Shown here piece after piece: positions 6,589-18,500 of a stretch of DNA of 24,498 nt (its first letter is position 1; each line of letters opens with the position of its first letter). Location of the stretch: the NCBI GenBank assembly GCA_002269645.1, contig NIVC01002761.1:1-24498 (forward strand). Direction: 5' to 3'. The DNA is from Macrostomum lignano (taxonomy: Eukaryota). The notes under the pieces were generated by a model. That model did no database searches. It was not told where the DNA came from and saw nothing but the letters and a program-made list of their open reading frames with translations. A program made the position numbers and the translations under genes.

Positions 6589-9500
6589 CTGGGGGTAAGC
6601 ATCGTGAGATTCTAGGGGTAAGCATCGTGAGATTCTGGGGGTAAGAATCGTTAGAAGATTCTGGGGGTAAGAATCGTGAGGTTCTGGGGTAAGAATCGTG
6701 AGATTCTGGGGGTAAGAATCGTGAGATTCTGGGGTAAGAATCGTGAGATTCTGGGGTAAGAATCGTGAGATTCTGGGGTAAGAGTCGTGAGGTTCTGGGG
6801 GTAAGAGTCATGAGGTTCTGGGGGTAAGAATCGTTAGAAGATTCTGGGGGTAAGAATCGTTAGAAGATTCTGGGGGTAAGAATCGTGAGGTTCTGGGGGG
6901 TAAAAATCGTTAGAAGATTCTGGGGTAAGAATCGTGAGGTTCTGGGGTAAGAATCGTGAGGTTCTGGGGTAAGAGTCGTGAGGTTCTGGGGGTAAGAGTC
7001 GTGAGGTTATGGGGGTAAAAATCGTTAGAAGATTCTGGGGGTAAGAATCGTGAGGTTCTGGGGGTAAGAGTCGTGAGGTTCTGGGGGTAAAAATCGTTAG
7101 AAGATTCTGGGGGTAAGAATCGTGAGGTTCTGAGGGTAAGAGTCGTGAGATTCTGGGGTAAGAATCGTGAGGTTCTGGGGGTAACAGTCGTGAGATTCTG
7201 AGGGTAAGAGTCGTGAGATTCTGAGGGTAAGAGTCGTGAGATTCTGGGGGTAAGAATCGTGAGATTCTGGGAGTAAGAATCGTGAGGTTCTGGGGGTAAG
7301 AATCGTGAGGTTCTGGGGGTAAGAATCGTGAGGTTCTGGGGGTAAGAATCGTGAGATTCTGGGGGTAAGAATCGTGAGGTTCTGGGGGTAAGAATCGTGA
7401 GGTTCTGGGGGTAAGAATCGTGAGGTTCTGGGGGTAAGAGTCGTGAGGTTCTGGGGGTAAAATCGTTAGAAGATTCTGGGGGTAAGCATCGTGAGATTCT
7501 AGGGGTAAGCATCGTGAGATTCTGGGGGTAAGAATCGTTAGAAGATTCTGGGGGTAAGAATCGTGAGGTTCTGGGGTAAGAATCGTGAGATTCTGGGGTA
7601 AGAATCGTGAGATTCTGGGGTAAGAGTCGTGAGGTTCTGGGGGTAAGAGTCATGAGGTTCTGGGGGTAAGAATCGTTAGAAGATTCTGGGGGTAAGAATC
7701 GTTAGAAGATTCTGGGGGTAAGAATCGTGAGGTTCTGGGGGGAAAATCGTTAGAAGATTCTGGGGGTAAGAATCGTGAGGTTCTGGGGTAAGAATCGTGA
7801 GGTTCTGGGGTAAGAGTCGTGAGGTTCTGGGGTAAGAATCGTGAGGTTCTGGGGGTAAAATCGTTAGAAGATTCTGGGGTAAGAATCGTGAGGTTCTGGG
7901 GGTAAGAGTCGTGAGGTTCTGGGGTAAGAATCGTTAGAAGATTCTGGGGGTAAGAATCGTGAGGTTCTGAGGGTAAGAGTCGTGAGATTCTGGGGGTAAG
8001 AATCGTGAGGTTCTGGGGGTAAGAGTCGTGAGGTTCTGGGGTAAGAATCGTGAGGTTCTGGGGGTAAGAATCGTTAGAAGATTCTGGGGTAAGAATCGTG
8101 AGGTTCTGGGGGTAAGAATCGTGAGGTTCTGGGGGTAAGAATCGTGAGATTCTGGGGGTAAGAATCGTGAGTTCTGGGGTAAGAATCGTGAGGTTCTGGG
8201 GTAAGAGTCGTGAGGTTCTGGGGTAAGAATCGTTAGAAGATTCTGGGGGTAAGAATCGTGAGGTTCTGGGGTAAGAATCGTGAGGTTCTGGGGGTAAAAG
8301 TCGTGAGGTTCTGGGGGTAAGAGTCGTGAGGTTCTGGGGGTAAGAGTCGTGAGGTTCTGGTGGTAAGAATCGTGAGGTTCTGGGGGTAAGAATCGTGAGG
8401 TTCTGGGGTAAGAGTCGTGAGTTCTGGGGTAAGAATCGTGAAGTTCTGGGGGTAAGAATCGTTAGAAGATTCTGGGGTAAGAATCGTGAGGTTCTGGGGT
8501 AAGAGTCGTGAGGTTCTGGGGTAAGAGTCGTGAGGTTCTGGGGTAAGAATCGTGAGGTTCTGGGGTAAGAATCGTGAGGTTCTGGGGGTAAGAGTCGTGA
8601 GGTTCTGGGGTAAGAATCGTGAGGTTCTGGGGGTAAGAATCGTTAGAAGATTCTGGGGGTAAGAATCGTGAGGTTCTGGGGGTAAAATCGTTAGAAGATT
8701 CTGGGGGTAAGAATCGTGAGGTTCTGGGGTAAGAATCGTGAGGTTCTGGGGGTAAGAATCGTGAGGTTCTGGGGGTAAGAATCGTTAGAAGATTCTGGGG
8801 GTAAGAATCGTGAGATTCTGGGGGTAAGAATCGTGAGGTTCTGGGGGTAAGAATCGTGAGGTTCTGGGGGTAAGAATCGTGAGGTTCTGGGGGTAAGAGT
8901 CGTGAGGTTCTGGGGGTAAGAATCGTGAGGTTCTGGGGGTAAGAATCGTTAGAAGATTCTGGGGGTAAGAATCGTGAGGTTCTGGGGTAAGAATCGTGAG
9001 GTTCTGGGGGTAAGAATCGTTAGAAGATTCTGGGGGTAAGAATCGTGAGATTCTGGGGGTAAGAATCGTGAGGTTCTGGGGTAAGAATCGTGAGGTTCTG
9101 GGGTAAGAGTCGTGAGGTTCTGGGGTAAGAGTCGTGAGGTTCTGGGGGTAAGAGTCATGAGGTTCTGGGGGTAAGAATCGTTAGAAGATTCTGGGGGTAA
9201 GAATCGTGAGGTTCTGGGGTAAGAATCGTGAGGTTCTGGGGTAAAAGTCGTGAGGTTCTGGGGTAAGAGTCGTGAGGTTCTGGGGGTAAGAGTCGTGAGG
9301 TTCTGGGGTAAGAATCGTGAGGTTCTGGGGGTAAGAATCGTGAGGTTCTGGGGTAAGAGTCGTGAGTTCTGGGGTAAGAATCGTGAAGTTCTGGGGGTAA
9401 GAATCGTTAGAAGATTCTGGGGGTAAGAATCGTGAGGTTCTGGGGGTAAGAGTCGTGAGGTTCTGGGGTAAGAGTCGTGAGGTTCTGGGGTAAGAGTCGT

Positions 9501-12500
9501 GAGGTTCTGGGGTAAGAATCGTGAGGTTCTGGGGTAAGAATCGTGAGGTTCTGGGGTAAGAGTCGTGAGGTTCTGGGGTAAGAATCGTGAGGTTCTGGGG
9601 GTAAGAATCGTTAGAAGATTCTGGGGTAAGAATCGTGAGGTTCTGGGGGTAAAATCGTTGAAGATTCTGGGGTAAGAATCGTGAGGTTCTGGGGGTAAGA
9701 ATCGTGAGGTTCTGGGGGTAAGAATCGTGAGGTTCTGGGGGTAAGAATCGTTAGAAGATTCTGGGGGTAAGAATCGTGAGATTCTGGGGTAAGAATCGTG
9801 AGGTTCTGGGGTAAGAATCGTGAGGTTCTGGGGTAAGAATCGTGAGGTTCTGGGGTAAGAGTCGTGAGGTTCTGGGGTAAGAATCGTGAGGTTCTGGGGG
9901 TAAGAATCGTTAGAAGATTCTGGGGGTAAGAATCGTGAGGTTCTGGGGGTAAGAATCGTGAGGTTCTGGGGGTAAGAATCGTTAGAAGATTCTGGGGGTA
10001 AGAATCGTGAGATTCTGGGGTAAGAATCGTGAGGTTCTGGGGGTAAGAATCGTGAGGTTCTGGGGGTAAGAGTCGTGAGGTTCTGGGGGTAAGAGTCGTG
10101 AGGTTCTGGGGGTAAGAGTCATGAGGTTCTGGGGGTAAGAATCGTTAGAAGATTCTGGGGGTAAGAATCGTGAGGTTCTGGGGTAAGAATCGTGAGGTTC
10201 TGGGGGTAAAAGTCGTGAGGTTCTGGGGGTAAGAGTCGTGAGGTTCTGGGGTAAGAGTCGTGAGGTTCTGGGGTAAGAATCGTGAGGTTCTGGGGGTAAG
10301 AATCGTGAGGTTCTGGGGTAAGAGTCGTGAGTTCTGGGGTAAGAATCGTGAAGTTCTGGGGGTAAGAATCGTTAGAAGATTCTGGGGGTAAGAATCGTGA
10401 GGTTCTGGGGTAAGAATCGTGAGGTTCTGGGGGTAAGAGTCGTGAGGTTCTGGGGGTAAGAGTCGTGAGGTTCTGGGGTAAGAATCGTGAGGTTCTGGGG
10501 GTAAGAATCGTGAGGTTCTGGGGGTAAGAGTCGTGAGGTTCTGGGGTAAGAATCGTGAGGTTCTGGGGGTAAGAATCGTTAGAAGATTCTGGGGTAAGAA
10601 TCGTGAGGTTCTGGGGGTAAAATCGTGAAGATTCTGGGGTAAGAATCGTGAGGTTCTGGGGTAAGAATCGTGAGGTTCTGGGGTAAGAATCGTGAGGTTC
10701 TGGGGTAAGAATCGTTAGAAGATTCTGGGGGTAAGAATCGTGAGATTCTGGGGGTAAGAATCGTGAGGTTCTGGGGGTAAGAATCGTGAGGTTCTGGGGG
10801 TAAGAATCGTGAGGTTCTGGGGGTAAGAGTCGTGAGGTTCTGGTGGTAAGAATCGTGAGGTTCTGGGGGTAAGAATCGTTAGAAGATTCTGGGGGTAAGA
10901 ATCGTGAGGTTCTGGGGGTAAGAATCGTGAGGTTCTGGGGGTAAGAATCGTTAGAAGATTCTGGGGGTAAGAATCGTGAGATTCTGGGGGTAAGAATCGT
11001 GAGGTTCTGGGGGTAAGAATCGTGAGGTTCTGGGGGTAAGAGTCGTGAGGTTCTGGGGGTAAGAGTCGTGAGGTTCTGGGGGTAAGAGTCATGAGGTTCT
11101 GGGGGTAAGAATCGTTAGAAGATTCTGGGGGTAAGAATCGTGAGGTTCTGGGGTAAGAATCGTGAGGTTCTGGGGGTAAAAGTCGTGAGGTTCTGGGGTA
11201 AGAGTCGTGAGGTTCTGGGGTAAGAGTCGTGAGGTTCTGGGGTAAGAATCGTGAGGTTCTGGGGGTAAGAATCGTGAGGTTCTGGGGTAAGAGTCGTGAG
11301 GTTCTGGGGTAAGAATCGTGAGGTTCTGGGGGTAAGAATCGTTAGAGATTCTGGGGTAAGAATCGTGAGGTTCTGGGGTAAAATCGTTGAGATTCTGGGG
11401 GTAAGAATCGTGAGGTTCTGGGGGTAAGAATCGTGAGGTTCTGGGGTAAGAATCGTGAGGTTCTGGGGTAAGAATCGTTAGAAGATTCTGGGGTAAGAAT
11501 CGTGAGATTCTGGGGGTAAGAATCGTGAGGTTCTGGGGTAAGAATCGTGAGGTTCTGGGGTAAGAATCGTGAGGTTCTGGGGTAAGAGTCGTGAGGTTCT
11601 GGGGTAAGAATCGTGAGTTCTGGGGGTAAGAATCGTTAGAAGATTCTGGGGTAAGAATCGTGAGGTTCTGGGGTAAGAGTCGTGAGGTTCTGGGGTAAGA
11701 ATCGTGAGGTTCTGGGGGTAAGATCGTGAGGTTCTGGGGGTAAGAATCGTGAGGTTCTGGGGTAAGAATCGTGAGGTTCTGGGGTAAGAATCGTGAGGTT
11801 CTGGGGGTAAGAATCGTGAGGTTCTGGGGTAAGAGTCGTGAGTTCTGGGGTAAGAATCGTGAAGTTCTGGGGGTAAGAATCGTTGAGATTCTGGGGGTAA
11901 GAATCGTGAGGTTCTGGGGTAAGAATCGTGAGGTTCTGGGGTAAGAGTCGTGAGGTTCTGGGGTAAGAGTCGTGAGGTTCTGGGGTAAGAATCGTGAGGT
12001 TCTGGGGTAAGAATCGTGAGGTTCTGGGGTAAGATCGTGAGGTTCTGGGGTAAGAATCGTGAGGTTCTGGGGGTAAGAATCGTAGAAGATTCTGGGGTAA
12101 GAATCGTGAGGTTCTGGGGGTAAAATCGTGAGTTCTGGGGTAAGAATCGTGAGGTTCTGGGGTAAGAATCGTGAGGTTCTGGGGGTAAGAATCGTGAGGT
12201 TCTGGGGTAAGAATCGTGAAGATTCTGGGGTAAGAATCGTGAGATTCTGGGGTAAGAATCGTGAGGTTCTGGGGTAAGAATCGTGAGGTTCTGGGGGTAA
12301 GAATCGTGAGATTCTGGGGGTAAGAATCGTGAGTTCTGGGGTAAGAATCGTGAGGTTCTGGGGGTAAGAATCGTGAGGTTCTGGGGTAAGAATCGTGAGG
12401 TTCTGGGGTAAGAATCGTGAGGTTCTGGGGGTAAGAATCGTTAGAAGATTCTGGGGGTAAGAATCGTGAGATTCTGGGGGTAAGAATCGTGAGGTTCTGG

Positions 12501-15500
12501 GGGTAAGAATCGTGAGGTTCTGGGGGTAAGAGTCGTGAGGTTCTGGGGTAAGAGTCGTGAGGTTCTGGGGGTAAGATCGTGAGGTTCTGGGGGTAAGAAT
12601 CGTTAGAAGATTCTGGGGTAAGAATCGTGAGGTTCTGGGGTAAGAATCGTGAGGTTCTGGGGGTAAGAATCGTGAGGTTCTGGGGTAAGAGTCGTGAGGT
12701 TCTGGGGTAAGAGTCGTGAGGTTCTGGGGTAAGAATCGTGAGGTTCTGGGGGTAAGAATCGTGAGGTTCTGGGGTAAGAGTCGTGAGGTTCTGGGGTAAG
12801 AATCGTGAGGTTCTGGGGGTAAGAATCGTTAGAAGATTCTGGGGGTAAGAATCGTGAGGTTCTGGGGGTAAGAATCGTGAGGTTCTGGGGGTAAGAATCG
12901 TGAGGTTCTGGGGTAAGAATCGTGAGGTTCTGGGGTAAGAATCGTGAGGTTCTGGGGTAAGAATCGTTAGAAGATTCTGGGGTAAGAATCGTGAGATTCT
13001 GGGGGTAAGAATCGTGAGGTTCTGGGGTAAGAATCGTGAGGTTCTGGGGTAAGAATCGTGAGGTTCTGGGGGTAAGAGTCGTGAGGTTCTGGGGTAAGAG
13101 TCGTGAGGTTCTGGGGGTAAGAATCGTTAGAGATTCTGGGGGTAAGAATCGTGAGGTTCTGGGGTAAGAATCGTGAGGTTCTGGGGTAAGAATCGTGAGG
13201 TTCTGGGGTAAGAATCGTTGAAGATTCTGGGGGTAAGAATCGTGAGGTTCTGGGGGTAAGAAGTCGTGAGTTCTGGGGTAAGAGTCGTGAGGTTCTGGGG
13301 TAAGAGTCGTGAGGTTCTGGGGGTAAGAATCGTGAGTTCTGGGGTAAGAATCGTGAGGTTCTGGGGTAAGAATCGTGAGGTTCTGGGGGTAAGAATCGTG
13401 AGGTTCTGGGGTAAGAATCGTGAGATTCTGGGGGTAAGAATCGTGAGGTTCTGGGGGTAAGAATCGTGAGGTTCTGGGGGTAAGAATCGTGAGGTTCTGG
13501 GGGTAAGATCGTGAGGTTCTGGGGGTAAGAATCGTGAGGATTCTGGGGGTAAGAATCGTGAGATTCTGGGGTAAGAATCGTGAGATTCTGGGGTAAGAAT
13601 CGTGAGGATTCTGGGGTAAGAATCGTGAGGTTCTGGGGTAAGAATCGTGAGGTTCTGGGGGTAAGATCGTGAGGTTCTGGGGTAAGAATCGTGAGGTTCT
13701 GGGGGTAAGAATCGTGAAGATTCTGGGGTAAGAATCGTGAGGTTCTGGGGGTAAAATCGTAGAGATTCTGGGGGTAAGAATCGTGAGGTTCTGGGGTAAG
13801 AATCGTGAGGTTCTGGGGTAAGAATCGTGAGGTTCTGGGGTAAGAATCGTAGAAGATTCTGGGGGTAAGAATCGTGAGTTCTGGGGTAAGAATCGTGAGG
13901 TTCTGGGGTAAGAATCGTGAGGTTCTGGGGGTAAGAATCGTGAGGTTCTGGGGTAAGAATCGTGAGGTTCTGGGGTAAGAATCGTGAGGTTCTGGGGGTA
14001 AGAATCGTGATTCTGGGGGTAAGAATCGTGAGTTCTGGGGTAAGAATCGTGAGGTTCTGGGGGTAAAATCGTTAGAGATTCTGGGGGTAAGAATCGTGAG
14101 GTTCTGGGGTAAGAATCGTGAGGTTCTGGGGTAAGAATCGTGAGGTTCTGGGGGTAAGAGTCGTGAGGTTCTGGGGTAAGAGTCGTGAGGTTCTGGGGGT
14201 AAGAATCGTTGAGATTCTGGGGTAAGAATCGTGAGGTTCTGGGGTAAGAATCGTGAGGTTCTGGGGTAAGAGTCGTGAGGTTCTGGGGGTAAGAGTCGTG
14301 AGGTTCTGGGGGTAAGAATCGTGAGGTTCTGGGGTAAGAATCGTTAGAAGATTCTGGGGGTAAGAATCGTGAGGTTCTGGGGTAAAGTCGTGAGTTCTGG
14401 GGTAAGAGTCGTGAGATTCTGGGGGTAAGAATCGTGAGATTCTGGGGTAAGAATCGTGAGATTCTGGGGTAAGAATCGTGATTCTGGGGTAAGAGTCGTG
14501 AGGTTCTGGGGTAAGATCGTGAGATTCTGGGGGTAAGATCGTGAGATTCTGGGGGTAAGAATCGTGAGATTCTGGGGGTAAGAATCGTGAGGTTCTGGGG
14601 GTAAGAATCGTGAGGTTCTGAGGGTAAGAGTCGTGAGATTCTGGGGGTAAGAATCGTGAGATTCTGGGGGTAAGAATCGTGAGATTCTGGGGTAAGAATC
14701 GTGAGATTCTGGGGGTAAGAATCGTGAGATTCTGGGGGTAAGAATCGTGAGATTCTGGGGTAAGAATCGTGAGATTCTGGGGTAAGAATCGTGAGATTCT
14801 GGGGTAAGAATCGTGAGATTCTGGGGTAAGAATCGTGAGGTTCTGGGGTAAGAATCGTGAGATTCTGGGGTAAGAATCGTGAGATTCTGGGGTAAGAATC
14901 GTGAGATTCTGGGGTAAGAATCGTGAGATTCTGGGGTAAGAATCGTGAGGTTCTGGGGTAAGAATCGTGAGGTTCTGGGGGTAAGAATCGTGAGATTCTG
15001 GGGTAAGAATCGTGAGATTCTGGGTAAGAATCGTGAGATTCTGGGGGTAAGAATCGTGAGATTCTGGGGGTAAGAATCGTGAGGTTCTGGGGTAAGAATC
15101 GTGAGGTTCTGGGGTAAGATCGTGAGGTTCTGGGGTAAGAATCGTGAGATTCTGGGGGTAAGAATCGTGAGGTTCTGGGGGTAAGTCGTGAGATTCTGGG
15201 GTAAGAATCGTGAGATTCTGGGGTAAGAATCGTGAGATTCTGGGGTAAGAATCGTGAGGTTCTGGGGTAAGAATCGTGAGGTTCTGGGGGTAAGAATCGT
15301 GAGGTTCTGGGGGTAAGAATCGTGAGGTTCTGGGGGTAAGAATCGTGAGATTCTGGGGTAAGAATCGTGAGGTTCTGGGGTAAGAATCGTGAGGTTCTGG
15401 GGTAAGAATCGTGAGGTTCTGGGGTAAGAGTCGTGAGGTTCTGGGGGTAAAATCGTGAGATTCTGGGGTAAGAATCGTGAGATTCTGGGGTAAGAATCGT

Positions 15501-18500
15501 GAGATTCTGGGGGTAAGAATCGTTAGAAGATTCTGGGGGTAAGAATCGTGAGGTTCTGGGGTAAGAATCGTGAGATTCTGGGGGTAAGAATCGTGAGATT
15601 CTGGGGTAAGAATCGTGAGATTCTGGGGTAAGAATCGTGAGATTCTGGGGTAAGATCGTGAGGTTCTGGGGGTAAGAGTCGTGAGGTTCTGGGGGTAAGA
15701 ATCGTTAGAAGATTCTGGGGGTAAGAATCGTGAGATTCTGGGGTAAGAATCGTGAGGTTCTGGGGGTAAAATCGTGAGATTCTGGGGGTAAGAATCGTGA
15801 GGTTCTGGGGTAAGAATCGTGAGGTTCTGGGGTAAGAGTCGTGAGGTTCTGGGGGTAAGAGTCGTGAGGTTCTGGGGGTAAGAATCGTTAGAAGATTCTG
15901 GGGTAAGAATCGTGAGGTTCTGGGGTAAGAATCGTGAGGTTCTGGGGGTAAGAATCGTTAGAGATTCTGGGGGTAAGAATCGTGAGGTTCTGGGGTAAGA
16001 ATCGTGAGGATTCTGGGGTAAGAATCGTGAGGTTCTGGGGTAAAGTCGTGAGGTTCTGGGGTAAGATCGTGATTCTGGGGTAAGATCGTGAGATTCTGGG
16101 GGTAAGAATCGTGAGATTCTGGGGTAAGAATCGTGAGGTTCTGGGGGTAAGAATCGTGAGGTTCTGGGGTAAGAATCGTGAGGTTCTGGGGTAAGAATCG
16201 TGAGATTCTGGGGTAAGAATCGTGAGGTTCTGGGGGTAAGAATCGTGAGGTTCTGGGGGTAAGAATCGTGAGGTTCTGGGGGTAAGAGTCGTGAGGTTCT
16301 GGGGGTAAGAATCGTAGAAGATTCTGGGGGTAAGATCGTGAGATTCTGGGGTAAGAATCGTGAGTTCTGGGGGTAAGAATCGTGAGATTCTGGGGTAAGA
16401 ATCGTGAGGTTCTGGGGTAAGAATCGTGAGATTCTGGGGTAAGAATCGTGAGTTCTGGGGTAAGAGTCGTGAGGTTCTGGGGTAAGAGTCGTGAGGTTCT
16501 GGGGTAAGAATCGTGAGATTCTGGGGGTAAGAATCGTGAAGATTCTGGGGGTAAGAATCGTGAGGTTCTGGGGGTAAGAATCGTTGAAGATTCTGGGGGT
16601 AAGAATCGTGAGGTTCTGGGGTAAGAATCGTGAGGTTCTGGGGGTAAGAATCGTGAGGTTCTGGGGGTAAGAATCGTGAGGTTCTGGGGGTAAGAATCGT
16701 AGAGATTCTGGGGGTAAGAATCGTGAGGTTCTGGGGGTAAGAATCGTGAGGTTCTGGGGTAAGAATCGTGAAGATTCTGGGGGTAAGAATCGTGAGGTTC
16801 TGGGGTAAGATCGTGAGTTCTGGGGGTAAGAATCGTGAGGTTCTGGGGGTAAGAGTCGTGAGGTTCTGGGGTAAGAATCGTGAGGTTCTGGGGGTAAGAA
16901 TCGTTGAAGATTCTGGGGGTAAGAATCGTGAGGTTCTGGGGTAAGAATCGTGAGGTTCTGGGGTAAGAATCGTGAGGTTCTGGGGGTAAGAATCGTGAGG
17001 TTCTGGGGGTAAGAATCGTGAGGTTCTGGGGTAAGATCGTGAGGTTCTGGGGTAAGAATCGTTAGAAGATTCTGGGGTAAGAATCGTGAGGTTCTGGGGT
17101 AAGAATCGTGAGGTTCTGGGGTAAAATCGTGAGGTTCTGGGGGTAAGAGTCGTGAGGTTCTGGGGGTAAGATCGTGAGGTTCTGGGGTAAGAATCGTGAG
17201 GTTCTGGGGGTAAGAATCGTGAGGTTCTGGGGTAAGAGTCGTGAGTTCTGGGGTAAGAATCGTGAGTTCTGGGGGTAAGAATCGTTGAAGATTCTGGGGG
17301 TAAGAATCGTGAGGTTCTGGGGTAAGAGTCGTGAGGTTCTGGGGTAAGAGTCGTGAGGTTCTGGGGTAAGAATCGTGAGGTTCTGGGGGTAAGAATCGTG
17401 AGGTTCTGGGGGTAAGAGTCGTGAGGTTCTGGGGTAAGAATCGTGAGGTTCTGGGGGTAAGAATCGTTAGAAGATTCTGGGGGTAAGAATCGTGAGGTTC
17501 TGGGGGTAAAATCGTGAAGATTCTGGGGGTAAGAATCGTGAGGTTCTGGGGTAAGAATCGTGAGGTTCTGGGGTAAGAATCGTGAGGTTCTGGGGTAAGA
17601 ATCGTTAGAAGATTCTGGGGGTAAGAATCGTGAGATTCTGGGGGTAAGAATCGTGAGGTTCTGGGGGTAAGAATCGTGAGGTTCTGGGGGTAAGAATCGT
17701 GAGGTTCTGGGGGTAAGAGTCGTGAGGTTCTGGGGTAAGAATCGTGAGGTTCTGGGGGTAAGAATCGTTGAAGATTCTGGGGTAAGAATCGTGAGGTTCT
17801 GGGGGTAAGAATCGTGAGGTTCTGGGGTAAGAATCGTTAGAAGATTCTGGGGGTAAGAATCGTGAGATTCTGGGGGTAAGAATCGTGAGGTTCTGGGGTA
17901 AGAATCGTGAGGTTCTGGGGTAAGATCGTGAGGTTCTGGGGTAAGAGTCGTGAGGTTCTGGGGGTAAAGTCGTGAGGTTCTGGGGGTAAGAATCGTTAGA
18001 AGATTCTGGGGGTAAGAATCGTGAGGTTCTGGGGTAAGAATCGTGAGGTTCTGGGGGTAAAAGTCGTGAGGTTCTGGGGGTAAGAGTCGTGAGGTTCTGG
18101 GGGTAAGAGTCGTGAGGTTCTGGTGGTAAGAATCGTGAGGTTCTGGGGGTAAGAATCGTGAGGTTCTGGGGGTAAGAGTCGTGAGTTCTGGGGTAAGAAT
18201 CGTGAGTTCTGGGGGTAAGAATCGTTAGAAGATTCTGGGGGTAAGAATCGTGAGGTTCTGGGGTAAGAGTCGTGAGGTTCTGGGGTAAGAGTCGTGAGGT
18301 TCTGGGGGTAAGAGTCGTGAGGTTCTGGGGTAAGAATCGTGAGGTTCTGGGGGTAAGAATCGTGAGGTTCTGGGGTAAGAGTCGTGAGGTTCTGGGGTAA
18401 GAATCGTGAGGTTCTGGGGGTAAGAATCGTTAGAAGATTCTGGGGGTAAGAATCGTGAGGTTCTGGGGGTAAAATCGTTAGAAGATTCTGGGGGTAAGAA

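Noticed and set aside
5704-7483. Putative LTR length (~885 bp) nearly equals the first array duplication period (887 bp)
   Set aside because: No sequence similarity between LTR and array, and other markers of the same duplication give 837-842 bp, so it is treated as coincidence.
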